DNA from: a bacterium
Lineage (GTDB): Bacteria; UBA8248
DNA length: 64,000 bases
Direction of reading: 5' to 3'
NCBI GenBank assembly: GCA_965261085.1
Contig: OZ253442.1
Coordinates: 2,560,001 to 2,624,000, forward strand
Under the pieces are notes generated by a model, which was not told the origin of the DNA, did no database searches, and saw nothing but the letters and a program-made list of their open reading frames with translations. The first letter of the stretch is position 1, and each line of letters starts with the position of its first letter. Made by a program: the position numbers and the translations under genes. This document shows positions 19,576 through 29,688 of this stretch, piece after piece.

Positions 19576-21255
19576 GTGACCACGCCACCTGAATCCTCGA
19601 ATCCAGGACAAGAAGAAAGTGCATCTGGTGCTGCGCCGGTAGAAAATGGTGATTCCCCGGCGGAGGAGAGCATCTCCAGATTTGCGGGTCCCGTCAGTCT
19701 GGCGACTCTCATCAGCCGGGTGGCGGGTTTTTTCCGAGATATGCTGATCGCCAAATTCTTTGGCGCCGCGATGATGGCCGATGCCTTTTTCGTTGCCTTC
19801 GCGATTCCCAATCTTTTCAGGCGCATGTTTATGGAAGGGGCGCTGAGTTCCTCGTTTCTTCCTGTTTACTCCGATGTGCGTGAGCAATCCGGAGCCAGGC
19901 AGGCCCGAAAATTCGCCGGTGGCATGTTGGTGTTTCTAGTCTTCGCGGGAAGCGCGGGCTGTGCGATTGGGATTTGGTTCGCAGATCCTTTAATGAGAGC
20001 GCTGGCGCCTGGTTTTTCGAGCAACCCGGAAAAGCTGGATCTCGCGGCGCAACTCACCAGAATTATGTTCCCGTTCATCATTTTTATCGGCCTGTGGGCG
20101 GTTGCGGCCGGTATGTTGAATGCGGCGCGCCGCTTTTTCGTGCCCGCTTTCGCGCCCGCGCTCCAGAACGTGGTCATCATATTTGCTCTTTTGCTCGCAG
20201 GTTTTTTAGTGAGTAGGGCGGAAGCCATCCGTTGGCTCGCCTGGGCCGTCGTAATCGGCGGGGCAGCGCAGTTTTTCTTCCAGCTTCCTTTCATGGGGAA
20301 ACTACGAATTTTGCCGCTTCCCTCCATTCCCTGGAGGGTGGAGGGCGTCGGCAGATGCTTGGCGCTGATGGGACCGGCGGCTCTTGGAGGCGCTATTTTT
20401 CAGGTCAATGTTCTCATTGACCGGTGGCTGGCTTCGTTCCTGGCCGAAGGCTCCATTTCTTATCTCTACTATGCGAATCGATTGGTTCAACTTCCTCACG
20501 GCATATTGAGTCTCGCTGTGGTGTCCGCAGTTTTGCCGGTTTTGTCTGATTATGCGGCGAAAAACAGGGAAAATTCCGTATCCGGAGATGCCGAGCGCAA
20601 CACCATGCTCGAAGCGGGGCGTCTGACGCTGTTCATTACTATTCCCTCTACATTCGGTCTCATGGCTTTAGCCCATCCGATCATGGAGGTTATTTTCGAG
20701 CGGGGCGCGTTTACGGAAAACCATACTCTTGCGAGCGCAGCCGCACTGCGGGCGTATGCGGCGGGGCTGATGTTTTTCGGAATCACGAGACTGTTGGCCG
20801 GGGTATTTCATGCTCGGTTGAACACGAGTTTCCCGCTAAGGTGCGCCAATATTTCTGTCCTCGCGAACGTAGCGCTCAGCGTCGGTTTGATGTTTCCTCT
20901 CGGATTTGTCGGGCTCGCACTAGCCACATCGTGCTCAAGCGCTTTGAACGCGGTGTTGTTGCTGAGGGGCGTCATGCGGGAGTGGAGCGATTTTCCGAAA
21001 AAAGAGTTGTTCCGTTCCCTGAGCAGGCTTCTGGCGCTTGGAATCTTGACGGGGGTGTTCGCGTATTTCGCTCATCTTCAACTCGTTTATCTGCAACTAT
21101 GGGATGCCCAGGGTTCGTCGGTGCTAAAATTGCTGCTGATGCTGCTTGAGGTGTCCTTGGCTGCTTGCTTCTACATTTTCATAGCGAAGAAATTCGATGC
21201 TTCCTCGTATGAAACCTGGTGTCGTTTCACTCGCCTCACACGGAGGAAATCCTGA
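19576..21255 (+). CDS. murJ: Lipid II flippase MurJ (MviN)
   Basis: SRVAGFFRD, PNLFRRMFMEGA, YANRLVQLP and multiple TM helices. Confidence 0.95.
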   Translation: MTTPPESSNPGQEESASGAAPVENGDSPAEESISRFAGPVSLATLISRVAGFFRDMLIAKFFGAAMMADAFFVAFAIPNLFRRMFMEGALSSSFLPVYSDVREQSGARQARKFAGGMLVFLVFAGSAGCAIGIWFADPLMRALAPGFSSNPEKLDLAAQLTRIMFPFIIFIGLWAVAAGMLNAARRFFVPAFAPALQNVVIIFALLLAGFLVSRAEAIRWLAWAVVIGGAAQFFFQLPFMGKLRILPLPSIPWRVEGVGRCLALMGPAALGGAIFQVNVLIDRWLASFLAEGSISYLYYANRLVQLPHGILSLAVVSAVLPVLSDYAAKNRENSVSGDAERNTMLEAGRLTLFITIPSTFGLMALAHPIMEVIFERGAFTENHTLASAAALRAYAAGLMFFGITRLLAGVFHARLNTSFPLRCANISVLANVALSVGLMFPLGFVGLALATSCSSALNAVLLLRGVMREWSDFPKKELFRSLSRLLALGILTGVFAYFAHLQLVYLQLWDAQGSSVLKLLLMLLEVSLAACFYIFIAKKFDASSYETWCRFTRLTRRKS

Positions 21256-21272
21256 GCAATGAGGTTCGGACG

Positions 21273-22226
21273 ATGACGAAGGGAAAATTTTCGACTGGAG
21301 GTCATGAAAAAAATAATGGAGCTTCGCTGGATGCGCGCTTGATTGATATTTTAAGGACTTTCAGGGATTTTCTCCTGATCGAGCGCCGCCGTGCGGTGAA
21401 TACCGTGGAGAGTTATGGGCGCGACATCGAATCGTTTTTCTTCTGGCTGCAGGAAAACGAGGACGCTTCACCGGAGAATTGGTCGAAAAGCACAGTGATC
21501 GATTACCTCAAGGATAAGCGGGAGAAGGGAAAATCAGACACAACGCTGCGTCGTCACCTGGCGTCCATCCGTGCGCTAGCCAGGCTGTTGGTTCGCGATG
21601 GGTACATACGTGAAGATTTTACTGCGGACATCGTGCAACCTTCGAAATGGAAGCGTTTGCCCAAGACTCTTTCGCAAGAAGATATGTCCAAGATTTTACA
21701 GGCACCCGATGACAAAACGCCGCAGGCAGTTCGAGACAGGGCCATGTTCGAGCTTTTGTACGCCACCGGCATGCGCGTCAGCGAGATCATTCGACTCAAG
21801 CTTAATCAAATTGAACTTGAATCGGGATTTTGCATCGTCCATGGAAAGGGAGACAAATCCCGGCTTGTTCCCATAGGAGATGCAGCGAAAGATATGCTTG
21901 CGTATTATCTTGATACCGCCCGGCTTAGTCTTCTGCGCGCCCGGAAGTCGGATTATGTATTTCTCACGGGCCGGGGAGGGCCCATGACCCGTCAAGCTTT
22001 TTGGGCGAGGGTCAAAAGATGGGCAAAAGAAGCGGGTGTGGGAAAAAGTGTGAGCCCACATATGTTTCGTCACAGCTTCGCGACGCATTTGCTCAATCAT
22101 GGGGCTGATTTGCGGGCTGTCCAGGCGATGCTCGGACATTCCGATATTTCCACCACCGAGGTTTACACGCATGTGGATCGGGAGAATCTTCGGCGGCTTT
22201 TGGACAAGAGCCACCCGAGGGGGTAG
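21273..22226 (+). CDS. xerD: Site-specific tyrosine recombinase XerD
   Basis: LYATGMRVSE, GKGDKSRLVP, SPHMFRHSFATHLL, LGHSDISTTEVY and C-terminal HPR. Confidence 0.9.
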   Translation: MTKGKFSTGGHEKNNGASLDARLIDILRTFRDFLLIERRRAVNTVESYGRDIESFFFWLQENEDASPENWSKSTVIDYLKDKREKGKSDTTLRRHLASIRALARLLVRDGYIREDFTADIVQPSKWKRLPKTLSQEDMSKILQAPDDKTPQAVRDRAMFELLYATGMRVSEIIRLKLNQIELESGFCIVHGKGDKSRLVPIGDAAKDMLAYYLDTARLSLLRARKSDYVFLTGRGGPMTRQAFWARVKRWAKEAGVGKSVSPHMFRHSFATHLLNHGADLRAVQAMLGHSDISTTEVYTHVDRENLRRLLDKSHPRG

Positions 22227-22261
22227 GGAATGAAAAGCGAAATAAAAATAAAGTTCTTTTG

Positions 22262-22290
22262 TTGACGCCTAAAATTATAGAGCATACGAT
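22262..22290 (+). promoter_or_regulatory. Putative sigma70 promoter for the phoH operon
   Basis: TTGACG-N17-TACGAT with an A-rich upstream region. Confidence 0.55.
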
Positions 22291-22300
22291 CTGATCGCGC

Positions 22301-23311
22301 ATGGGACTTCGATTTCGAAAAGCCGATCATGTAGATACGGGGAGCCTGAATCTTTTGGCGACAAGGATGTCTGCAATCCCGTTGGCCGGGCCGGACAGGT
22401 TGGTTCATATTATTGGAAACCAGGATGAATCCCTCAAGGCCGTGGAGAGGGCGTTTGAGGTAAAAATCAGAATCGCATCAGAGGGGTTCGTGGTGGAAGG
22501 CGCACCGGATGCCGCCGAGAAAGCCCGACTTTTCCTTGATGAGTTGACCGAATGCGTGGACGAGGGGTTTCGGTTCGATCCGTTGAACGTCAAGACACTG
22601 GCTCAGACCGTTGCTGTGGAACAAGACGTTACGCTTCGTTCCTTGGTGATGAATCGGATCTCGGTTTCATCGAAGAAGCGATACATCGTTCCCAAAGGCC
22701 CGGTTCAGAGTGAATACATCAGGGCGATTCGTGAAAAGGGGGTAACATTCGGAATCGGACCGGCCGGTACGGGGAAAACCTACCTGGCTATGGCCATGGC
22801 GGTTTCCGGATTGTTGGAGAAGGCATACGCCAGCATCGTGTTGACGAGGCCGGTGGTAGAGGCAGGCGAGAAGCTCGGATTTTTGCCTGGTGATTTGCAG
22901 GAAAAGGTGAATCCATATCTCAGGCCGTTGTTTGACGCTCTGAACGATATGGTGGAATTCGAGCGGGTGGAGCGTTTCATTGAAAGGGGCGAGATAGAGA
23001 TAGCGCCGCTCGCATTTATGAGGGGTCGTTCGCTGAAAGATTCTTTCATCATTCTGGATGAGGCGCAGAACACGACGCCCGAGCAGATGAAAATGTTCCT
23101 CACCCGCCTCGGCGCCCGGAGCAAGGCGGTTGTAACGGGAGATATTACGCAAATCGATTTGCCCGAAACTTCGGGGTGCGGGCTGATTCATGCCCAAGAC
23201 GTCTTGGGAGATTTAGAAGACGTTCGTTTCGTCTATTTTAGTGAACGAGATGTGGTTCGCACGCAATTGGTGAGAAAAATTGTTGCTGCATACGAGGCCC
23301 ACAGTTTATAA
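22301..23311 (+). CDS. phoH: PhoH-family ATPase (YbeZ)
   Basis: GPAGTGKT, LGFLPGDL, AFMRGR and LDEAQN; the true start may be a later ATG. Confidence 0.93.
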   Translation: MGLRFRKADHVDTGSLNLLATRMSAIPLAGPDRLVHIIGNQDESLKAVERAFEVKIRIASEGFVVEGAPDAAEKARLFLDELTECVDEGFRFDPLNVKTLAQTVAVEQDVTLRSLVMNRISVSSKKRYIVPKGPVQSEYIRAIREKGVTFGIGPAGTGKTYLAMAMAVSGLLEKAYASIVLTRPVVEAGEKLGFLPGDLQEKVNPYLRPLFDALNDMVEFERVERFIERGEIEIAPLAFMRGRSLKDSFIILDEAQNTTPEQMKMFLTRLGARSKAVVTGDITQIDLPETSGCGLIHAQDVLGDLEDVRFVYFSERDVVRTQLVRKIVAAYEAHSL

Positions 23312-23410
23312 GCGAGTTTTCCAAAGAGTGCTTGCATAGCCGGGGGCGTTCACATATAGCCGATACGTCCACGATCCCTTCGATGCTGAAGGATTCTGGA
23401 GGTTGATCGC

Positions 23411-25897
23411 GTGATCCATCGATCCGGCGTCGGAAAAACTGCCGGGAAACCCAAAAACATCTTTTTGCGACTAACTGCGTCGGCGGGGCGCTTGCTCGCG
23501 GATTGCGCCTTGTCGTTTGCCGGCATGAGGGCTTATCCGTGGATTCTGGGCGGAACGCTAGCTGTTGTGCTCTCGTTTTTGCTCACCACCGATCTTTCGG
23601 CGCCTCGCGTGTCTTTTGAGGTGGGTGATGTCGTCCCCAGGGACATTAAGGCCCCTCAAGATATGCGCGTGGTCGCTCCCATCGCCACGAATGCGAAGCG
23701 CCAGGCGGCCAGAGAAAAAGTCTTGCCACGTTACGATATCGATACCCAGCTTTCGCGAGTTGTCCTCGCTAAATTGAATGGCGCTTTTGAATCCATTCAG
23801 CGAACGATAGACAAAGAGCTCGAAAAAGTGAAAGCCGAGCAGTTGAGCCTACGTGCCAAGCAGAAGAGCCGGACGCTTTTATCCGAGTCGGAAGCCTATC
23901 GGGAAATGTACGCCAGTCCCGCCTTCATCAAGGCGGAGAGCGCGTTTCATGAGCTGGTGGGTGGCGCCGTTCCAAAGAAATTGTCGAATTGGTTGAGAAA
24001 TGAGAGATTCTCGAGCTGGATACGGGAAGATATCGCCAAGTTGTTGAAGGCGGCGTTCTCACGCCAAATCGTCAGTGATAAGCGGCTATACGCCACCCAT
24101 GCGGCGAAGGGAATTACGGCGCGCGACATCAGAACGGGGAATCGCGTCTCCCTCAGTCCATCCATGAATCCCCTGGAACTCAGACAGGTCGATAAATTAC
24201 TCAAGCAAGCAACCCGGAAGATGTCCCTCGGAATTCCTCGGCGTATGCGCGACTTGTTGGTCTCCCAAGTTTTGAAGATGGTTCAACCGACGTTGACGTT
24301 CAACAACAGAGCAACCCTTGAGAGCAGAGAAAAGGCTGCGGCCTCTGTTCCGCCTGTTTCAGAGATTCTCAAACAAGGGGAGATGATTGTTCGCGAAGGA
24401 GAACGAGTAAGCGAAGGACAAATCATAGAACTCAAAAGCCTGGAAAAAATCTACCGACAAAGCCATGTGCTAGGCAACTTTACCGGAACGGCTTTGGTGA
24501 TTTTCATCTTGCTACTTCTGGCATGGATTTGTGTGCAGAAGTATGACGTGAGTTTTTTGGCATCTCAAAAAAACGTAACACTTTTTGTGATCCTGCTTTT
24601 GACCCAAGTTGTTTTGCTGAAAATGGGAATTCTCTTCTCCGAGGTGTTGCATGAAACTTTTCGGGGTATTCCCCTACACTCGTTTTACTACGTCATTCCA
24701 TTTTGCTCTGCCTCTCTTCTCGCTGCAATCTTGCTGGGACGCTCATCCGCAGTGTTGATGGCGGTTTTCTCCGCCGTTCTGACCGGGCTGATCTTGCCGA
24801 ATTACATCAACTTCAGTCTCATCGCCTTGTCCGGCGGCGTGCTGGCAGCCATTCGCTGGAAGGAATATCGGCGCAGAACTTCTGTACTCATCGTGGCGTT
24901 CATCCTGGGTTTGTTAGGTGCCGCGCTCGCTCTGGGCTTCAACATGCAGGAGGGTTTCGGCGCCGTAATTGCGCAGTGGACGGATGTTCCCATCGCTTTG
25001 CTCGGCGGCCTTTCTAACGTCATTATCGTGGCGGGGGCCATGCCCTTGCTTGAGTCGATTTTCAAGCTCACGACGGATATGCGTCTTCTGGAGTTGGCCG
25101 ACCAGAATCACCCGCTGCTGAGAAAGATGGTCGTCAGTGCGCCGGGTACCTATCACCACAGCCTTCTCGTGGGCAATTTGGCCGAAGAGGCCTCCGAGGC
25201 GATCGGTGCGAATCCGCTTCTAACCCGTGTGGGTGCGTATTTCCACGATATCGGCAAGATGATGAAGCCGGAGTATTTCATCGAAAACCAGGGGCGCGAA
25301 AACCGTCACGATAGACTCAAGCCCAACATGAGCGCGCTTATCCTGATCAGCCATGTCAAAGAGGGCGTCGAACTCGCCAGAAGCCATCAACTGCCCAGAG
25401 AAATTATCGATTTAATTCGACAACATCATGGCACATCCTTGATTCAGTTTTTCTACGAGAAAGCGAAGAAGCAAAATGGGGATGACGTGACAGAAGAATT
25501 TTTTCGCTATCCGGGGCCGAGACCTCAGACGAGAGAGGCAGGCATCCTGATGCTGGCCGACATGGTGGAGGCATCGTCACACTCGCTTTCGGACCATTCT
25601 CTCGGGCGTCTGAGCGCTTTGGTGGATAGAACCGTCCAGAGTGCTTTTGTGGAGGGTCAATTGGATAATTGCAGTCTCACGCTCAGGGATTTGAGCAACA
25701 TTCAGGAAGCTTTCATGCGCGTTCTGGTTGGCATTCATCACCACCGGATTCATTATCCAGGACAAGAAGACGCTCCCAAGAAAGGCGCTGCGAATGGAAG
25801 TTCTCATCAAAAACGAGCAAGAGCTGTTCGATCTGGATCACAAGGCGCTGAGGCGGCGCTTGGAGGTCATACGGAGAGCACTCCGGTTCGAAGATGA
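23411..25897 (+). CDS. 7TM-HD (HDIG) membrane phosphodiesterase, PgpH-like
   Basis: Extracytoplasmic domain, 7TM block and APGTYHHS...HDIGK...ISHV...HHG...MLAD; phoH-HD-ybeY gene order. Confidence 0.88.
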   Translation: MIHRSGVGKTAGKPKNIFLRLTASAGRLLADCALSFAGMRAYPWILGGTLAVVLSFLLTTDLSAPRVSFEVGDVVPRDIKAPQDMRVVAPIATNAKRQAAREKVLPRYDIDTQLSRVVLAKLNGAFESIQRTIDKELEKVKAEQLSLRAKQKSRTLLSESEAYREMYASPAFIKAESAFHELVGGAVPKKLSNWLRNERFSSWIREDIAKLLKAAFSRQIVSDKRLYATHAAKGITARDIRTGNRVSLSPSMNPLELRQVDKLLKQATRKMSLGIPRRMRDLLVSQVLKMVQPTLTFNNRATLESREKAAASVPPVSEILKQGEMIVREGERVSEGQIIELKSLEKIYRQSHVLGNFTGTALVIFILLLLAWICVQKYDVSFLASQKNVTLFVILLLTQVVLLKMGILFSEVLHETFRGIPLHSFYYVIPFCSASLLAAILLGRSSAVLMAVFSAVLTGLILPNYINFSLIALSGGVLAAIRWKEYRRRTSVLIVAFILGLLGAALALGFNMQEGFGAVIAQWTDVPIALLGGLSNVIIVAGAMPLLESIFKLTTDMRLLELADQNHPLLRKMVVSAPGTYHHSLLVGNLAEEASEAIGANPLLTRVGAYFHDIGKMMKPEYFIENQGRENRHDRLKPNMSALILISHVKEGVELARSHQLPREIIDLIRQHHGTSLIQFFYEKAKKQNGDDVTEEFFRYPGPRPQTREAGILMLADMVEASSHSLSDHSLGRLSALVDRTVQSAFVEGQLDNCSLTLRDLSNIQEAFMRVLVGIHHHRIHYPGQEDAPKKGAANGSSHQKRARAVRSGSQGAEAALGGHTESTPVRR

Positions 25898-26273
25898 CTG
25901 GTTCAGCATCGCATTCATTCGAGACGAAGAGATGCGAGTGTTGAATTCTCGATATAGGAGGGAAGACGAAACAACGGATGTGTTGGCTTTTCCGCCAGCA
26001 GATTTCTTCCCGTCCGTGGGTGAGCAAGAAGAGAGAAAGACATTTTTAGGAGAAGTGGTCATTTGCGTGGATGAGGTGCGTCGCCAGGCGGAGGCCGAGG
26101 CGGTTGATTATGGAGTCCTGGCGGATCGTCTGCTCGTGCATGGTCTTTTACATCTCAAGGGATATGATCATTACACTAAGTCGGAATCTGCGCGTATGAT
26201 TGAGGAAGAAAAAAGGATAACCTGTCTGCTTGACGGTGGATGGCTTTCTCGACCAGAGCCGGGGCATCGTTGA
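25794..26273 (+). CDS. ybeY: rRNA maturation endoribonuclease YbeY
   Basis: LNSRYR, TDVLAF and HGLLHLKGYDH. Confidence 0.93.
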   Translation: MEVLIKNEQELFDLDHKALRRRLEVIRRALRFEDDWFSIAFIRDEEMRVLNSRYRREDETTDVLAFPPADFFPSVGEQEERKTFLGEVVICVDEVRRQAEAEAVDYGVLADRLLVHGLLHLKGYDHYTKSESARMIEEEKRITCLLDGGWLSRPEPGHR

Positions 26274-26281
26274 GTGGAAAA

Positions 26282-26419
26282 ATTGCAGGTGCCATGGCGC
26301 ATGAATTACCGACCGTTTGCATATGCTCATCGTTCCTCGCTGGGAGGAGGATCATAATCTTATGCCCGACCTCAGTGGCGTGCGGGTGCCCCCCCGAGAG
26401 TATAGAGACGACCTACAAT
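26282..26419. ncRNA. Candidate rod-shaped structured RNA (possibly 6S-like), unassigned
   Basis: Terminal arms ATTGCAGGT/ACCTACAAT, nested CGCATG/CGTGCG and GCATA/TATGC, and an apical TCCTC/GAGGA hairpin in an intergenic gap. Confidence 0.3.
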
Positions 26420-26469
26420 CAATTCCGCCCAGATTTTGAAATTTAAAACCCGTTGGACTTGGTGGTGAT

Positions 26470-26868
26470 ATGGGTAGTCTTCGACTCATCATCGGCTTGA
26501 TTCTGGCATTAGCAATTTCGAGCTTCGGTGTCATCAACATGAAGCCGGTGACTGTTTCCTATTATCAGGGCAGCATCAACTTGTCTCTTTTTTATGTCCT
26601 GTTGGTTGTGTTTGCATGCGGGTTCATGGTGGCATGGTTTGGCGGGGCATTGGACAGATTGAAGTTCAGGACTCAAATTGGAAAATTGAAACGCGAAGTA
26701 AAGACGTTGGAGAATAATCTGGATGAGGTGCGGGAGAATAGCGGTAAGCTCCTCACGATGGGAAATCCAGAAACCGATAAATCCGTGCCTGCACGTGATG
26801 AACGTGCATCGCAAACTGGTTCCAAACCTCAGATGAGCCTATCCCCCCGTGAATCAAAGGCGGAGTAG
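26470..26868 (+). CDS. lapA: LapA-domain (DUF1049) membrane protein
   Basis: TM helix, NMKPVTVSY, second TM helix, then a coiled coil, matching the LapA architecture. Confidence 0.7.
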   Translation: MGSLRLIIGLILALAISSFGVINMKPVTVSYYQGSINLSLFYVLLVVFACGFMVAWFGGALDRLKFRTQIGKLKREVKTLENNLDEVRENSGKLLTMGNPETDKSVPARDERASQTGSKPQMSLSPRESKAE

Positions 26869-26870
26869 GT

Positions 26871-29561
26871 ATGTCTCCCCCCAAAGGTATTCTGCAAGCT
26901 AAGAAAGAAACAAATGCATCAGGTAATAAGAGCCGGGCTCCATCTCCTGCGATGCGCCAATACTTGGAAATAAAAAGGCGCTACCCGGACGCGATGCTGT
27001 TTTTTCAGTTGGGTGATTTTTTCGAGATGTTTTATGAAGACGCGAAGCTCGGGGCGAAAGTACTGGAACTCACGCTGACGTCGCGACAGAGTGATGACAA
27101 GGGGCCCATTCCAATGTGTGGCGTGCCGTGTCATTCGGCATCCTCTTATTGTGGGCGATTACTGGAAGCAGGTTTTAAAGTCGCCATATGCGAACAGGTG
27201 GAAGATGCGGGAGAAAGTAGGGGAGTTGTGAAGCGCGAGGTGACTCGCGTCCTCACTCCGGGTACCTCGATTGCCGACCTTGAGTTACTGGATGGCAAGG
27301 AATCTCAATACTTGGCGGGGATTACGGTATCGGCAAAAGAAGGAGAGGCGCTTTGGGGAATAGCATGGCTCGATAGTTCGACTGGTGAGTTTTGTGCGAC
27401 CCAGGCGGAAGGCGATGGTGCCGAGACGCTCATTTGCAATCAATTGGAGAGGCTTTCTCCTCGCGAACTCATCTTGCCGGATGTATTTTCTCCGCCCGAT
27501 GAGTTGAAAAGAAAAATTGATGAACTAGGCATTTATATTGAAAAAAGGCCAGCCGCCACTTTTTATGAGCCGCTTGATTTCAAAAGCTTGGACGCCATAT
27601 TTCCGGATGAAGCGAATGTTCTGGCGAATCCGGCGGCGGTGGATTCCGCCGTCGGCGTTTTGACGTATCTCAAAGAAAACCAGCCTGGTGATTTTCCCCA
27701 TCTCAAACCTGTTTTTTTCTCCCGACTTTCGGACACAATGATTCTCGATGCAGCCACGTTGCGAAATTTAGAACTCACACGTTCATCCGTGGATCGTGGG
27801 AAAAAGGGCACTTTATTTGGTTTGTTGGATGAGACGCTGACTGGGATGGGAGGACGTCTGCTGAATAAATGGGTCCTTTCCCCTTTGATTCAAAAAAAGG
27901 CCATCGATTATCGCTCCGAATCCGTACAGGAACTCGTTGATAACCTCGAAATCCTGAATATGCTCAAAAATGCCCTTGAACCCGTTCAAGATATCGAGCG
28001 GCTCCTGGGGCGTGTGGGTTCTCAAACTGCAAACGCTCGAGACTTGGCGGGGCTCGGCGCATCTTTGGCCATGTTGCCAGAGGTTTGTGAGGCGATAACG
28101 GGGATGGAATCAGAGTTGTTTCGCTCCGTCTTGTCGGGGTGGGATTTTATCGAGGACGTAACGTTGGAACTGGAGAGCGCGATTGTGGATGACCCGCCCG
28201 TTTCGATTCGAGAGGGTGGAATGTTTCGCGCAGATTATGACCAAGAACTCTCTCAATTGAGAAGGGCGCAGCAGGAGGGCGATAAGTGGCTGAAAAATTA
28301 TGAAAGCAAGGAAAAAGAACGAACGGGACTGCCTCTAAAAATCGGGTTTAATCGTGTTTTTGGGTATTATCTCGAAATAACCAAACGCTTCAGTGAACAG
28401 GCGCCGACGGAATATACGCGCAAGCAAACCCTCGTTTCTGCAGAGCGGTACATCACATCCGAGTTAAAGAAGATGGAAGAGGACATTCTTGGCGCGGAGG
28501 AGAAAGACCATCATCTCGAGTTCATGCTTTTTGGACGCTTAAGAGCGCAAATATCAAAACAGGCCAAGCGCATACTCGCTGCCGCGGAGAGGATAGCGAT
28601 TCTTGATGCCGTTCTATCCTTGGCGCTAGTTGCGCGCAAATATGGATACGTCAGGCCCCAAATTATGGATTCCAGGGATCTTGAAATTATCGAGGGCAGG
28701 CATCCTGTCATGGAGGCGGAAAATCCTGGTCTCTCTTTCGTGCCGAACGATTTGTCGATTCGCGATGATCGTCGAATACTCATTATTACAGGGCCGAATA
28801 TGGCCGGAAAATCCACTTACCTGCGTCAATCGGCGCTCATCATTCTGATGGCGCAAATTGGCAGCTTCGTACCCGCCAAGAGCGCGAAAATCGGTTTGGT
28901 CGATAGGGTGTTCACTCGCGTTGGCGCGCATGACCGACTTTTGGAGGGGCAGAGCACCTTCATGGTCGAGATGGTGGAGACGGCCACTATACTAAGAGAG
29001 TCGACGCAAAAAAGTTTCATCGTTCTGGACGAAGTCGGGCGAGGCACGAGTACTTTTGATGGAGTGAGCATCGCCTGGTCGATTGTAGAGTATCTTCATA
29101 ATGAAGTTCGCCACAGTGCGAGGACTTTGTTCGCGACCCATTATCATGAATTGGCTGAACTCTCTCAAGAACTCACTTGTGTGAAAAATTTGACGGTAGA
29201 TGTTCGAGAATGGGGCGATGAAATCGTTTTTTTACGAAAAGTAGTCGATGGCAGTTGCGATAGAAGCTACGGAATTCAAGTAGGCAGGTTGGCGGGACTT
29301 CCAGAAGAGGTCATTGATCGGGCGAAAACTTTGCTCTCCAAGTTTGAGAGTGCAGAGGCCATGTCCCGTTATGGCGGGGAAAAATCTTTTTTGGAAAATC
29401 GCCGGGAAAAAGGGCAATTGCCTTTGTTTTTACGCGCGGAATCACAAGTCGAGGAGGTGTTGAAAGACCTTGACCCGGATTCCATGACACCTCGCCAAGC
29501 TCTAGAAGCCCTATATGAACTCCGAAAAACCATGGAGAGCGGTGGGCAATCGCAAAAATGA
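26871..29561 (+). CDS. mutS: DNA mismatch repair protein MutS
   Basis: GDFFEMF, TGPNMAGKST, STFMVEM, DEVGRGTS and FATHYHEL. Confidence 0.97.
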   Translation: MSPPKGILQAKKETNASGNKSRAPSPAMRQYLEIKRRYPDAMLFFQLGDFFEMFYEDAKLGAKVLELTLTSRQSDDKGPIPMCGVPCHSASSYCGRLLEAGFKVAICEQVEDAGESRGVVKREVTRVLTPGTSIADLELLDGKESQYLAGITVSAKEGEALWGIAWLDSSTGEFCATQAEGDGAETLICNQLERLSPRELILPDVFSPPDELKRKIDELGIYIEKRPAATFYEPLDFKSLDAIFPDEANVLANPAAVDSAVGVLTYLKENQPGDFPHLKPVFFSRLSDTMILDAATLRNLELTRSSVDRGKKGTLFGLLDETLTGMGGRLLNKWVLSPLIQKKAIDYRSESVQELVDNLEILNMLKNALEPVQDIERLLGRVGSQTANARDLAGLGASLAMLPEVCEAITGMESELFRSVLSGWDFIEDVTLELESAIVDDPPVSIREGGMFRADYDQELSQLRRAQQEGDKWLKNYESKEKERTGLPLKIGFNRVFGYYLEITKRFSEQAPTEYTRKQTLVSAERYITSELKKMEEDILGAEEKDHHLEFMLFGRLRAQISKQAKRILAAAERIAILDAVLSLALVARKYGYVRPQIMDSRDLEIIEGRHPVMEAENPGLSFVPNDLSIRDDRRILIITGPNMAGKSTYLRQSALIILMAQIGSFVPAKSAKIGLVDRVFTRVGAHDRLLEGQSTFMVEMVETATILRESTQKSFIVLDEVGRGTSTFDGVSIAWSIVEYLHNEVRHSARTLFATHYHELAELSQELTCVKNLTVDVREWGDEIVFLRKVVDGSCDRSYGIQVGRLAGLPEEVIDRAKTLLSKFESAEAMSRYGGEKSFLENRREKGQLPLFLRAESQVEEVLKDLDPDSMTPRQALEALYELRKTMESGGQSQK

Positions 29562-29688
29562 AGATAGGGTCCGCGACACACCACCCAGTTCGGTTTGCTG
29601 AAGCCTTGAAGGCAGAGAAGCCAAACAAGGGATTGAGAGCTTTTTTCTTATGCGATAGCATTGTGAACTTAGAGCCCAAGGGGAACAT

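Noticed and set aside
21273-22226. Tyrosine recombinase as a prophage or island integrase
   Set aside because: It has the XerD signature and core-gene flanks, with no cargo or att repeats seen.
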